From NCBI GenBank assembly GCA_050331235.1, contig JBHJHA010000020.1:20101-84100 (forward strand): a stretch of 64,000 nt of DNA, in the 5' to 3' direction. Below, one piece after another: positions 39,806 to 50,209 of the stretch; positions within the stretch are counted from its first letter, which is position 1; every line of letters starts with the position of its first letter. The notes beneath the pieces were generated by a model that saw nothing but the letters and a program-made list of their open reading frames with translations, searched no databases and was not told the origin of the DNA. The stretch comes from Leptolyngbyaceae cyanobacterium (GTDB lineage Bacteria; Cyanobacteriota; Cyanobacteriia; Phormidesmidales; Phormidesmidaceae). The translations under genes and the position numbers were made by a program.

Positions 39806-41740
39806 TCAGGGGCGAGCTACGGGTTGAGAAAACGAGGTTTGGAACTGTTCATTACGCTCTGCTACTGTTTCTCGTCCTGGGGTCCATAGACTGGCGTAAA
39901 AGAAATAGGACACCCCGGCATACTCGCGATCGCGCACTGCCTGTAGCTGTTCGGTCAATAGTTCCGCATCGGTAGGGCGTCCTCGCAATCCGCTCAGCAA
40001 ACCAATGCTCGTCGGTGTGCCGGTCCGGGCAGCGGCAGTAGCCGGTTTGTTCAGCTCCCAGACAAATCGCTCTAAATCATCTCGATAAATTTGCACGATC
40101 ACTTCATCCAAGAGCTCGCCGGCTTCCCACGTCGGCCAATCCTGCAAATACTGTGCATAGGAAAAAGGATACGGATTAGGGGAAACGGACAGCAGAGCAC
40201 CCGGTTGGCGGCGGTCAATCAGCCCTCGCACCTCCCGCATAAACTCGGTAATGTGGTCAGCCCGCCAGCGCATCCACTCAGCATCGCTGACATCATCCGG
40301 CGGTAGTTCACCATCGTGCTCCCGCTGGTAAAGGGCTACTGTAAACGGGTCATACCCCATATCCACCGGCAGCCCCAAATGATCATCCACTTGGATACCT
40401 TCCACATCGTAGTTGTCCAGCACCTCTGCCATCAGCTGTACCAACAGTCGCCGCGTTTGAGGATGAAAAGGATTCATCCAGGTAAAGACCTCCTCACCCA
40501 TGGCGATTTCCTGGGTCCCGTCTTGTCGCTGGGTAAACCAGTCGGGATGCTCCGTCCGAATGCGGTAGTTAGCCGGGGCCATGAAGCCAAACTCAAACCA
40601 AGGAATCACTGCCAGACCTTCGGCATGAGCTAGGGTGATTAACTCTTGTAACATGTCGCGATCGCCCTGTTGCTGCTCAAAAGCCGAATTATCCCCCGGC
40701 CAGAGTCGCCGTGCTTGTCCTAAGTAACGCTCGGCCACAGCGCTGGGATATTGGGTATACCCCATGTTCCAGACCACGGGATAGAGAGTGTTGATATTCA
40801 TCGCCTTGAGCCGCTGAATGCCCTCGGCTAGGTTTTCTTGGGAAAACAACACATCACTGTCAATGTTGGTCAGCCAAACCCCCCGGACTTCTGACCGGGG
40901 CTCGGCTTGTCTCGACAAAGTCGCAGGCACCGCCACCCACCCATCGGCAATGGTCGCCTGCAAGCGGGCATCAGGCACAGCTTGGCAAATGAGTGCGGCC
41001 ACCTCGCCCCGAGTAATGGGCAAAAAGCTGTCGGCCTGTTGAGGTTGGTTGGGGTTGACTAACACCCGTGCGGCTAGGGCGGCCGCCACTCCTTCCCGGG
41101 CATAGGGGGGGACGCGATCGCCATCCGCCAGACTGTTGGCTAAGAGTTCGTTAGCTCGAGCCGTATAGGGCAAGGAGGCTTTAGCCGCTAGGGCGGTGAT
41201 GGCCTCGGCTCGGGTAATCGTCCGCCCCGGTTGATAGTAGTCGGCTGGGTAGGTGTACAGCATATTTACGGGTGAAGGTAGCCCCAACGCTGTTTCCAGA
41301 GCCGATGCCCCACCATAGGCTTCCCCCGTTGGAAAACTCCGATTGAGCATCTCCGTGACCACTGCCCATGTCGCCGGTTCATTGGGATAAAACTGATTTG
41401 AGGTGAGGGAGTCGGGGAGCGCGGCGTCTAAGTCATTGAGCAGCACCGCACCTCGCCGGGCTAACCCCTGGATGCAGTCAGCAGCCCAGTAATCGTCCAC
41501 ATCACTAGGTAGCTGGACGATTGGCGGCGCAATTCCATCCCTGACCGGCGGGTCTGCGGTGGGTGCCTCTAGTTGCACCTGCGCGGTCAGATTATGGGTA
41601 ACCCAGCTGGCAACCTGGGGTGCTGCCTGTGAGTCTGGCGTGTAAGCCAGCAGGGGAGTAAGCGCACCAACGGTCATGGTCACAATCAGCCCGAGCAAAA
41701 CGCCCGTCATCAAACGCTGGGAAAGGGGAGTCAATCTCAT
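39806..41740 (-). CDS. SLH-domain glycoside hydrolase family 10-like (YddW/GHL10) protein
   Basis: SLH-like repeats (DYWAADCIQGL, ITRAEA, ITRGEVAA), then EVRGVWLTN, PWFEFG, GIQVDDH. Confidence 0.85.
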   Translation of the reverse strand: MRLTPLSQRLMTGVLLGLIVTMTVGALTPLLAYTPDSQAAPQVASWVTHNLTAQVQLEAPTADPPVRDGIAPPIVQLPSDVDDYWAADCIQGLARRGAVLLNDLDAALPDSLTSNQFYPNEPATWAVVTEMLNRSFPTGEAYGGASALETALGLPSPVNMLYTYPADYYQPGRTITRAEAITALAAKASLPYTARANELLANSLADGDRVPPYAREGVAAALAARVLVNPNQPQQADSFLPITRGEVAALICQAVPDARLQATIADGWVAVPATLSRQAEPRSEVRGVWLTNIDSDVLFSQENLAEGIQRLKAMNINTLYPVVWNMGYTQYPSAVAERYLGQARRLWPGDNSAFEQQQGDRDMLQELITLAHAEGLAVIPWFEFGFMAPANYRIRTEHPDWFTQRQDGTQEIAMGEEVFTWMNPFHPQTRRLLVQLMAEVLDNYDVEGIQVDDHLGLPVDMGYDPFTVALYQREHDGELPPDDVSDAEWMRWRADHITEFMREVRGLIDRRQPGALLSVSPNPYPFSYAQYLQDWPTWEAGELLDEVIVQIYRDDLERFVWELNKPATAAARTGTPTSIGLLSGLRGRPTDAELLTEQLQAVRDREYAGVSYFFYASLWTPGRETVAERNEQFQTSFSQPVARP

Positions 41741-41781
41741 GTTGGAAAAAGCGTTACTGAACGTTGTTTGTGTAAATATCG

Positions 41782-42138
41782 TTAGCCGCCGCTGCGTTTG
41801 GCGGTATATCCCGCTTTTTGTAGGGCTGCTAATACCGTATCGGCCTGATCGCCCTGAATTTCAATAGTGTTGTCCTTGGCCGTCCCGCCGGTGCCGCACT
41901 GAGCTTTGAGCTTTTTGGCCAGGGTCTTGAGGGTATCTGGGCGATGCTGAAAGCCGCTGATAACAGTAACGGTTTTGCCACCGCGCCCTTTGCGGCTCAC
42001 CTCAACCTTGACGGTTTGCTGATTAGGGGGGAGATCGGCGACGCCTCGCTCGGTGGCAGCGGTGCGCTGCGTGGCAAACTCTGAGTAAACGGTGCGATTT
42101 TTATTTTGCGACGATCGCGATGATTTTTGTTTGCCCAT
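41782..42138 (-). CDS. yciH: Translation initiation factor SUI1/YciH
   Basis: RKGRGGKTVTVI..LKAQCGTGG..IEIQGD. Confidence 0.93.
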   Translation of the reverse strand: MGKQKSSRSSQNKNRTVYSEFATQRTAATERGVADLPPNQQTVKVEVSRKGRGGKTVTVISGFQHRPDTLKTLAKKLKAQCGTGGTAKDNTIEIQGDQADTVLAALQKAGYTAKRSGG

Positions 42139-42339
42139 ATCTTTCAGCGGTGTCAGTACACAGTATCCAGCTGGTGTCAGCCCGGTCTGGTCAGTTCTTT
42201 ACAATCTAGACTAAAACTGGCTATCAGACGTGACGACTTGTCGATGGCTCAGGTTGCCGAGCCGAACCAGTCTGTGAACAGCGGCTTCAACGACGGCGCT
42301 GTGAATCGTTTAGCGGTTGGCGATCGCTAGTGTTGACCA

Positions 42340-43062
42340 TTACCCCCACCACTGCCATAGGCCATAGGCCAAAAAGCTACTGCCTAAGGGAACCGTGAGG
42401 TTATCAAATCCCCACCGCGAAAACGACTCCAAAACGGTTGCCGAAATGGCGGTAAGCAGGGCGATCGCCGCCATCGTCGGCACGAATCCATGGACGCTCC
42501 CCAAGACCAGCCCGCTTATGATCAAACTCACGAGCAGCATCGCGCTCGTGCCCTCCCAGCTTTTAGTCATCGTCCACACAGTGTAAGGATGACGACCCAG
42601 GGCTTGCCCCACGATCGCCGCCATGCCATCCCCCCAGGTCATGATCAAGATACCCAATACGGTAAACTCGGCCTGCCCTCGGGCCCAAAATGCCACCGTC
42701 AACACTCCGATGCTCACCGCATAAAAAAATGTGCCTAAGCTGGTGCGCCCCACGCTGTTAATACCAGGCAAAATCGGCAGCCAATACGAAGCCAGTGCCA
42801 CTAAGCTAAATAAGATGGAGGCTGCAACCCCCATCCAGGCAGGGGTTTGCAGCCACCAAGCCAGCAAAATCACATTGCCAGCCCCGATATGCACAACTTT
42901 GCGCGTAATCTCTACTGAGACTGCCTTGGTCAAATATAGGCTCTCAGAAATGAGTCCTACCAGACCTAGCCAGATCCCCACTAGCCCGATCTGCAACACC
43001 GGCAGCGGCAAGCGCGTTAGGTCGACCAAAGTCTCTGAATCAATAAACAGCAGGCTCAACAT
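42340..43062 (-). CDS. Phytol/dolichol kinase family membrane protein
   Basis: RKVVHIG, MTWGDGMAAIVG, KSWEG, GFDNLTVP. Confidence 0.88.
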   Translation of the reverse strand: MLSLLFIDSETLVDLTRLPLPVLQIGLVGIWLGLVGLISESLYLTKAVSVEITRKVVHIGAGNVILLAWWLQTPAWMGVAASILFSLVALASYWLPILPGINSVGRTSLGTFFYAVSIGVLTVAFWARGQAEFTVLGILIMTWGDGMAAIVGQALGRHPYTVWTMTKSWEGTSAMLLVSLIISGLVLGSVHGFVPTMAAIALLTAISATVLESFSRWGFDNLTVPLGSSFLAYGLWQWWG

Positions 43063-43307
43063 GATGACAAGATACTATCGCGGGCCTGCTCGCTAATGAA
43101 CGTCCCCTTTTGGGGGGCAGTGGTTTGAGTAAGCAGTGACTAAACCTTAGCGCCTTTGCCGTAGGGTAATGAAGAAGACCCTAGGAAGAACATGGACAAT
43201 ATGACCCGGGGATGTCGGCAATGCCGCCACGGCGACGGACCACTTACACGCATCGCTTGCCGTTGAAGAAGGGTCGATTTGTTTGTGATCGTGAGGGGGC
43301 GATCGCC

Positions 43308-43913
43308 ATGATCATTACGGTTACCAGCTTTAAAGGCGGAGTGGGCAAAACCACCACAGCGATTCACCTGGCCACGTTTTTGCAAGGACAGGCCGAAACG
43401 CTGCTGATTGACGCTGACCCGAACCGTTCAGCCCACGGCTGGGCCAGTCGTGGGGAATTGCCCTTTCCGGTGATTGACGAGTGGCACCCCACCGCCCTCA
43501 ATGCCGACTTTCGCCATATTGTGATTGATACCCAAGCACGCCCAACCCAGCAAGACCTGGCAACCCTGGCGACCAACTGTGACCTGCTAGTACTACCCAC
43601 CACCCCCGATGTACTGGCGCTAGATGCCCTAGTGTTGATTGTGAACTATCTCAAAAGCGTGCCCTCAGCCCGCTATCGCATTTTGCTCACGTCGATGCCC
43701 CCTAAACCTACCAAAGCAGAACGAGAAGTGCGATCGCTCTTAGCTGAGACTCACCTGCCGGTCTTTCAGCAGGGCATTCGTCGTTACAGCGTCTTTCAAA
43801 AGGCGGCTCAAGCCGGCGTGCCTGTCTATAGTGCCAAAGATCCCAAAGCTGAAGCCGCCTGGCAAGACTATGAGGCCGTCGGACAAGAAATTCTTGATGA
43901 GCTTGCCGCTTGA
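43308..43913 (+). CDS. ParA/Soj family ATPase with no adjacent parB
   Basis: KGGVGKTT deviant Walker A, LIDADPN, VIDT. Confidence 0.9.
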   Translation: MIITVTSFKGGVGKTTTAIHLATFLQGQAETLLIDADPNRSAHGWASRGELPFPVIDEWHPTALNADFRHIVIDTQARPTQQDLATLATNCDLLVLPTTPDVLALDALVLIVNYLKSVPSARYRILLTSMPPKPTKAEREVRSLLAETHLPVFQQGIRRYSVFQKAAQAGVPVYSAKDPKAEAAWQDYEAVGQEILDELAA

Positions 43914-44095
43914 CAGGCTGGCTGGAGCAGCCGACGGCTTGCCCATCCCCCTTTGGCCCTAGGAAACATCAATGAACCCTAGCCGTATCGTTCGCAACAA
44001 TTTTTAGGAGGCGGTCAAGCGACTGCGTGGTACTATCGCCCAGAGACAACCGCGTTGTTGTTTGCCTAGTGATTTTGATTGGAGGTGTCCGCATC

Positions 44096-44524
44096 ATGGC
44101 AGAAAGTTTTAGCCCCAGCGAAAGAGCCTTTTTAGAAAAAGTGATGCAGCGGGCCAGCCTTCCGGACATTTATGACGCCAAGGATCTGACCACCGTGGTG
44201 TTTCGCACGATGCGCGATCTGATGAACACCGAAACCGATCAACAAACTGAGGCCGCCTTCAAAGACGCCGACATTGCTGCGATCTGGCGCGATGACAATC
44301 CAATTGTTTCCTTTTTAAGCCGCTTTCGGCCACCGTTAGACATCGACACCGAGCTTTTTTTGCGTCGCATCAAGCAGGAAGGGGGCGTGCCGAAAAACGT
44401 CACTGCAGAAGCCGTCGTTGTCGCCGTGTTTTCCACCGCGCGGGAAACTATTCCGCCGGAGCAGGCCCAAGAAATTTCCAAGACCCTACCGGATGGGCTG
44501 CGGGTCCTGTGGGAGCAGGTCTAG
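44096..44524 (+). CDS. DUF2267-type protein
   Basis: FLEKVM..L.DIYDAKDLTTVVFRTMRDLM...VFS..E...I...LP...LW pattern. Confidence 0.75.
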   Translation: MAESFSPSERAFLEKVMQRASLPDIYDAKDLTTVVFRTMRDLMNTETDQQTEAAFKDADIAAIWRDDNPIVSFLSRFRPPLDIDTELFLRRIKQEGGVPKNVTAEAVVVAVFSTARETIPPEQAQEISKTLPDGLRVLWEQV

Positions 44525-44699
44525 CCCAATGCTTCAAAGTCGGGCACCCTGCTAGCTCACGATAGCTCCTCTTTTACTTTCCCAAGCGTCCTGCGGGCAA
44601 ACGTTCTGTGAAGATCAGGGCGGCGGATTCGTCTAGGTCAATGGGACTGGGAAAAAGCGAAATTTCCGCCAAGGGTATCTGCGCCAGCCCTATCCGACA

Positions 44700-44900
44700 C
44701 TAACCATCGGGGAACTGCCAGCACGATATCGTCTCTACTCGATCGCTACCGCAGGCGCATCGCACTAGATGTTCAGAAGCTACCCATTCGCGATCGCAGT
44801 CACGGCAGTGGCAGAGTACATTATTATCATCGGCCTGTCGCAGGCCAAACTGCCAGCGATGCAGTTCCTCAGGGGTGAAATTGGACGGTGATTGACTCAT
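44700..44900 (-). CDS. Small Cys-rich (zinc-ribbon-like) protein
   Basis: 66 aa with CHCRDC..REW..CACGS..ISCWQFPDG. Confidence 0.75.
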   Translation of the reverse strand: MSQSPSNFTPEELHRWQFGLRQADDNNVLCHCRDCDREWVASEHLVRCACGSDRVETISCWQFPDG

Positions 44901-44960
44901 GCACTTACCCTATCACTGCCCACTGAGAGGCGCTATTGCTCGCATATTGCCCGTTATGAT

Positions 44961-47594
44961 TTAGAGAGCTTCGGAAAGCGCGGCCTCTGCCAGGCAGGTC
45001 TCGATGGTTGCCAACATTTCTCTGAGTCGAAACGGTTTACTTAAGTAAGCATCGGCCCCCGCCTGCAAGCACCGATCGCGATCGCCCTGCATGGCTAGGG
45101 CCGTTACCGCAATGATCGGCACCGCAGCCAGGTCCGGATCTGCGCGAATTTGCTGAATGGCTCCCCAACCATCGAGCTTAGGCATTTGAATATCCATCAA
45201 CACAATATCTGGCAGCTCCACTCGCAGAAACCGTATCGCCTGCTCGCCATCGCACGCCAGATGAACCATGTGGCCATGTGCCCGGAGATAGTCCGCCAGC
45301 ATTTCTATATTGTTGACATTATCTTCCACGATCAGGATGCGCCATGAGGGGTCACTCGCCTCCACTACAGCCTGTTCAATCGTCACCGGCACGAGTGCAG
45401 ACTCTGTCATCGAGGAGGGCAAGACTCCTTCAGAGTTGGCCTGGGGATTAGCCGGCAGCTCAATCCAAAACCGACTCCCCACCCCAATTTGACTATCGAC
45501 ACCGATGTCGCCACCGTGCAGTTCTACCAGTCGCTTGCTGAGTGCTAGCCCCAGCCCCGTCCCCATATAGCGGCGATTCAACGCACTATCAATCTGACTA
45601 AACGGCTGGAAAAGCTTGGGCAGATCGGCCTGGCCAATGCCAATGCCTGTATCCTCCACTTCAAACCGGAGCCAGTCTTCGGCTGAGGCTGAGGGGGCGG
45701 GCTGCCGGGTAACCACCAACACCCGGATGTTGACGTCGTTGCCCTCCGCGCTGAATTTAATTGCGTTGTCAACCAGGTTAGACAACACCTGGAGAATTCG
45801 CCGAGTGTCCAGCCACCAACTGACTTCGCAAACCGATGGCGTCAGCGTTAGCGAGATCTGCCGAGCCTGCGCCCGACTCCGTAACAGCGTCAGCGCTGTG
45901 TCGAGCAAATTATCCACTGACGCCAAGGTCAAGTCGAGCTCTATGTGGCCCGCCTCGGCCTTGGCAAAGTCAAGAATGTCGTTAATCAGATTGAGTAAAT
46001 GTTCGCCGCTGCGGTTGACGATTTGCACGGCTCTGAGCTGCTCGGCACCCAACTCACCAAACACATTTTCTTGGAGCGACTGCGACATGCCCAAAATGGC
46101 GTTTAGGGGTGTCCGCAATTCGTGGCTCATGGTGGCCACAAATTCATCTTTTGCCTGAATGGCAGCCAGGAGCGCTTCATTGCTGTTGGCGAGGGCGGCC
46201 TCCGACGCTTTGACTCGCTCATAGAGTATCGACTGCTGGATGGTGATGGCCAGCTGTATTGACAGTTGCTCCATCGCGCGCACATCGAGGGTGCTCCAAC
46301 GCCGGAGACCGGAGCACTGCTGGGCTAGCATCACGCCCCAGAGGACCGATGTATCCGACGATTGCTCAAAAATGGGGGCAACCATTTGCCCTTGCACTTG
46401 ATATTGATCGAGCAGCTTCGAGTCGGCACCCTCAAGTCCTGCTTCCTGGGTGTTGTCGATCGCCATAACCTTGCCGGGTATCAGATCGCCCACGCCATAG
46501 ACCTGTAAACAGGCGGGGATGAATCCTCGTTGATGCCGACAAGAAAGAAAAGCGGAACTCACCGACTCAGCCGCGATCGCCTGGCTACCGTCAACCCTGT
46601 AGCGACAAATCAGCACTCGATCAGCAGACAAAAACTCCCGAATGTTTTTGACTGCACTGTCAAGGATTTGGCTTAGATCCAGCGTTTCCCGCACTTTGAG
46701 CGCAATGCTGGAGGTAAATGCTTGATGGCGAGACGAATAGATCAATTGACCAATGAGCTCTGCCCGCTCGAGGGTGCTGCGCACCGCATGGTTCAGGGTA
46801 GATTCATTAATATCGCTTTTGACTAGGTAGTCAGCGGCCCCTAGCTTCATCGCCTTGACGGAGACTTGTTCATTTCCGGCACCGGTAATTACCAGTGTGG
46901 TTAACGAGTCCCGATAGGAGCTTTGGGCCACCGCCCGCAACAGGTCCAAACCGGTGCCATCGGGTAGATTCATATCTAATAGCAGCAAATCAGGCTGTTG
47001 CTGCTGCCACAGTTGCAACCCTTCTGCTATTGTCGTCGCTTCGAGGAACTGATAGTGATATCCCCGCGACCGACTAAGATAGCGCTTGTAGGCATAGCGG
47101 TCTTCAGGGGAGTCTTCTACTACCAAAATGGTATAAGTATGGGCCGGTCCTGAGGCATCGACCACCTGCCGTAGCGAGTGATAAAGGCTAATCGGAGAAA
47201 AGCTACTTTTCTCAATGTAGGCGATCGTCTCTGGGTTAGCGCCATCAGCCAGCAGTCTCCCAGCATCTAGATCAGCCAAAGCAATGATTGACAACCCTGG
47301 TAGGGTAGGCGACTGAGCTATCTGCTGGATAAATCTCTGCCCCTCGTTGCCGGGCATGGCTAAGTCCACGATCGCCAAGTCTAGGTGAGCAGACTGGCTC
47401 AACTGCAGTCCCGCTGCCAAAGTGTCAGCCTCTAAAAGAACACCTCCAAACTGCAGCTTATTGAGGTAGTTAGCACAGGTCAACCGCTCTTCGTCAGACT
47501 GCGACAGCAACAAAATCTGAAAGTCATTGGGCAGATCTTGTATGGAGGGATAAAACTGGCGCAGAGCGGATAGATACGAGTGCAAAAAGTCCAT
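44961..47594 (-). CDS. Hybrid sensor histidine kinase (REC-REC-GAF-HisKA-HATPase-REC)
   Basis: Two N-terminal receivers, a GAF domain (ADRVLI..WGVMLAQQC..RRW), MSHELRTPL, NLVDNAIKF, DTGIG, GTGLGL, and a C-terminal receiver MDIQMP. Confidence 0.93.
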   Translation of the reverse strand: MDFLHSYLSALRQFYPSIQDLPNDFQILLLSQSDEERLTCANYLNKLQFGGVLLEADTLAAGLQLSQSAHLDLAIVDLAMPGNEGQRFIQQIAQSPTLPGLSIIALADLDAGRLLADGANPETIAYIEKSSFSPISLYHSLRQVVDASGPAHTYTILVVEDSPEDRYAYKRYLSRSRGYHYQFLEATTIAEGLQLWQQQQPDLLLLDMNLPDGTGLDLLRAVAQSSYRDSLTTLVITGAGNEQVSVKAMKLGAADYLVKSDINESTLNHAVRSTLERAELIGQLIYSSRHQAFTSSIALKVRETLDLSQILDSAVKNIREFLSADRVLICRYRVDGSQAIAAESVSSAFLSCRHQRGFIPACLQVYGVGDLIPGKVMAIDNTQEAGLEGADSKLLDQYQVQGQMVAPIFEQSSDTSVLWGVMLAQQCSGLRRWSTLDVRAMEQLSIQLAITIQQSILYERVKASEAALANSNEALLAAIQAKDEFVATMSHELRTPLNAILGMSQSLQENVFGELGAEQLRAVQIVNRSGEHLLNLINDILDFAKAEAGHIELDLTLASVDNLLDTALTLLRSRAQARQISLTLTPSVCEVSWWLDTRRILQVLSNLVDNAIKFSAEGNDVNIRVLVVTRQPAPSASAEDWLRFEVEDTGIGIGQADLPKLFQPFSQIDSALNRRYMGTGLGLALSKRLVELHGGDIGVDSQIGVGSRFWIELPANPQANSEGVLPSSMTESALVPVTIEQAVVEASDPSWRILIVEDNVNNIEMLADYLRAHGHMVHLACDGEQAIRFLRVELPDIVLMDIQMPKLDGWGAIQQIRADPDLAAVPIIAVTALAMQGDRDRCLQAGADAYLSKPFRLREMLATIETCLAEAALSEAL

Positions 47595-47979
47595 ACAGAG
47601 AGATGCTGAAGGGTTACAACTAGTCGCTTCTCAAAAAAACATTAATCGCGTTCATATTGCCGACGACTTCAAGCAAGCTGCTTTGTCCGCTTGCTTAAAA
47701 ACAAATTTTTTTGAATCCTAGGTCAAGTTTACCCACGCTGGCAATTAATCTTTGAAACCGCAATGGATAATTACATGCTTGGCGATGGCTCAAACTCAGG
47801 ACGGGTAGAGCTCATTAACCCGATTCTTACAGACTGAAGATTAGGGCCTTTTTTATGTCAGTATTTTTAGGCCAGTCATTGTTTTTGCCAATAACAAAAT
47901 GTCCTGGCCTCAAGAACAAACTGATGCCAGAGCAATAAAATTAAATAAAGGCCATAAAGCCAACTATATGAGGTGATCG

Positions 47980-48846
47980 CTAAACCGCCGCTAGCTCAGG
48001 TCGAGCGATCGCCTCGCTGTCTGCCGTCGCCACCGGGCAATAGACCTCAGCCGAGTTGTTCGGGCTTTCGATTAATTTGACCTTGTGCAGCTGAGCCCCA
48101 GTTTGAGCAATGGGCTCACGCAGCAAGTCACGAATCCGCACGGCAATGTTTTCAGCCGTTGGCACTACCGTCTCAAAGTAAGGAATGTCTTTATTGAGAA
48201 AGGTGTGATCAAAGGGCTCAACTACGTGGTCATCGATTGCGGTTTGCAGTGCCTCTAAATCAGCAATCATGCCGGTGCGATCGTCAATTTCGCCTTTGAC
48301 GGTCACTTCTAAATGATAGTTATGGCCATGCCCATTAGGCCGCGCACACTTGCCATAAATTTCAACATTTTCGTCAAAGCTCAGCGTTGGCAAAGCCAGA
48401 CGATGTGCAGCGCTAAAGTGAGTGCTGATAGTAAGATAAGCTTCCATGTGATCACCAGTGTATTCGGCCCAAAGTTCAGGATGTTCAAACAGTTGAATTT
48501 TGACGAGCGGCAAATGGGGTGACAAGCGCTGCCACAGGACACGGGTCATATGCTCCGTTGTGGGCAGCGTCTGCTGAAATTCTGGCCACACGTCGTTGAG
48601 ATAGGCAAAGTCAAGCTGATTGGTGACCTCTCGCTTGATCACCTGTTTGACATCTGACAAGTTGAGCACCATCCCATACTGGTCTAGCTCGCCCAACATG
48701 GATACATATAAAACGTAATTGTGACCATGCCCCGGAGCGCGACTACAGGCTCCAAACTGTGCTTGGTTTTCAGCCTCGCTGAGTTCTGGCAGCCAGTAGC
48801 GATGACTGGCCGAAAATTGAGCGCGACGATTAATAATGCATTCCAT
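47980..48846 (-). CDS. queD: Tandem-domain 6-carboxytetrahydropterin/6-pyruvoyl-tetrahydropterin synthase
   Basis: Two FSA.H..C...GHGHNY domains with PTTE and PTAEN motifs. Confidence 0.9.
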   Translation of the reverse strand: MECIINRRAQFSASHRYWLPELSEAENQAQFGACSRAPGHGHNYVLYVSMLGELDQYGMVLNLSDVKQVIKREVTNQLDFAYLNDVWPEFQQTLPTTEHMTRVLWQRLSPHLPLVKIQLFEHPELWAEYTGDHMEAYLTISTHFSAAHRLALPTLSFDENVEIYGKCARPNGHGHNYHLEVTVKGEIDDRTGMIADLEALQTAIDDHVVEPFDHTFLNKDIPYFETVVPTAENIAVRIRDLLREPIAQTGAQLHKVKLIESPNNSAEVYCPVATADSEAIARPELAAV

Positions 48847-49074
48847 TGCGACTGGCAAACGGTTGATTGCGTTCTGTAAATGTCTCTCTACAGAATAGTC
48901 GATCGCCCTGCCCGCTGCGGTGACTATCAAGGATAGATCGAGCTCTGCCGCAATCAGCGATCGCAATGTGAATCAAGATTGCAATTGCTGCTCATAAATC
49001 CATCATTGGGTGTAGAGGTCTGGCTCTGCCAAGGTTTCAGCATGTAAACGGCATATTACCTTTAGTTTCATGAG

Positions 49075-49110
49075 TTGCTGACATAAAAGCCAAACAGTAA
49101 AATTGGATAC
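49075..49110 (+). promoter_or_regulatory. Sigma70-type promoter overlapped by an NtcA site (predicted NtcA repression)
   Basis: TTGCTG-N17-TAAAAT. GTA-AAATTGGA-TAC (49097-49110) covers the -10. Confidence 0.75.
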
Positions 49111-49265
49111 AGATATTACAAAACTGTTCACCTCAGTTTGTTCGCCTTTGATTGTTAACAGCAGTTTGGTACCCCAAACGGGAGAATGCGGTCGATTCTG
49201 ATCCGCCCCTGGCAACACCTTCTGTCGCGAACACCTGAGACGATTAATAAGCTTGGAGTCAGAAG

Positions 49266-49676
49266 ATGAGACTTTGTTATCGCGGTGTCAAATACGACTA
49301 CACACCTCCGGTTCTAGAGGTGTCAGAGAGTGAGATCCTGGGTCAATACCGCGGTCGGCAACATCATTTTGCCTATGTGAGGCACGTTCCGTTTCCGCAG
49401 CCCGAGGCAAATCTCAAGTTTCGCGGCGCGGCTTACCACACCACGCGCCAGGGCGAAGTAGAAACCGCTGAGTTTGACAACACCGCTCAGCAGTCAAATT
49501 TTACTCCTGTCTTTGACTCCATGGCTGCGGCCCGGCGCAGCTTACTACAGGAAGCCGCAGACATTCATAAGGCCAATATCAAGCGATCGCTGGAGCGGCG
49601 TATTCAAGTTGCTCAGTCCAAAGGCGACGAGCAGCTATTGCGCAAGTTAGAAAGCGAAATGCATGAGTATGCTTAA
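49266..49676 (+). CDS. pirA: DUF4278 domain fused to a PirA-like (PII-interacting regulator of arginine synthesis) C-terminus
   Basis: L.YRGVKY / GQYRG / LKFRGAAY repeats, then H.ANIKRSLERRIQVAQSKGDEQLLRKLESEM. Confidence 0.78.
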   Translation: MRLCYRGVKYDYTPPVLEVSESEILGQYRGRQHHFAYVRHVPFPQPEANLKFRGAAYHTTRQGEVETAEFDNTAQQSNFTPVFDSMAAARRSLLQEAADIHKANIKRSLERRIQVAQSKGDEQLLRKLESEMHEYA

Positions 49677-49743
49677 TTGCTCCCTGTCTCAGGAGAGCGC
49701 TAAGTAAGCCGTGCAGAGTGATTAAGTTTTAGACGGTTTGACG

Positions 49744-49777
49744 GGGTATGGGCGGCGAGCACGTCCATACCCTTTTT
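49744..49777 (+). terminator. Rho-independent terminator
   Basis: GGGTATGGGCG..CGTCCATACCC followed by TTTTT. Confidence 0.85.
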
Positions 49778-49977
49778 GCGCTTCAGTCGAGCTGTTTAAC
49801 CGCCAAGCTGGTGGCAGTTCATTGTGACCACCAGGGGACCTTTTGAGGTGTGGATAAAAAAACAGCCTGCTGAGGGGATTAAACAGTATTTTTTAGATAA
49901 AAATATTGCAGAATCAGAATCGCCATGAAATAATAGGAGATTGTGTCTCTCAATATAAAAGGCTGATCTAACTTGTC

Positions 49978-50166
49978 ATGGCTAAAGGCGTTCGTTTAGT
50001 TATTACCCTCGAGTGCACCGAGTGTCGCACCAACAACGATAAGCGTTCAAACGGGGTTTCTCGTTACACCACCGAGAAAAATCGTCGCAACACTCCGAGC
50101 CGCATCGAACTGAAGAAGTTTTGTGCCCATTGCAATAAGCACACCGTGCATAAAGAAATTAAGTAA
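49978..50166 (+). CDS. rpmG: 50S ribosomal protein L33
   Basis: [41 protein letters not shown]. Confidence 0.98.
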   Translation: MAKGVRLVITLECTECRTNNDKRSNGVSRYTTEKNRRNTPSRIELKKFCAHCNKHTVHKEIK

Positions 50167-50209
50167 TTCGTTTCCCATTTCGTCAACGTAAGAGGTAGGT
50201 AAGCTTCCC

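Noticed and set aside
46230..46700. GAF domain as a cyanobacteriochrome photoreceptor
   Set aside because: The chromophore-binding CH and DxCF-type motifs are absent (ADSKLL where CH is expected).
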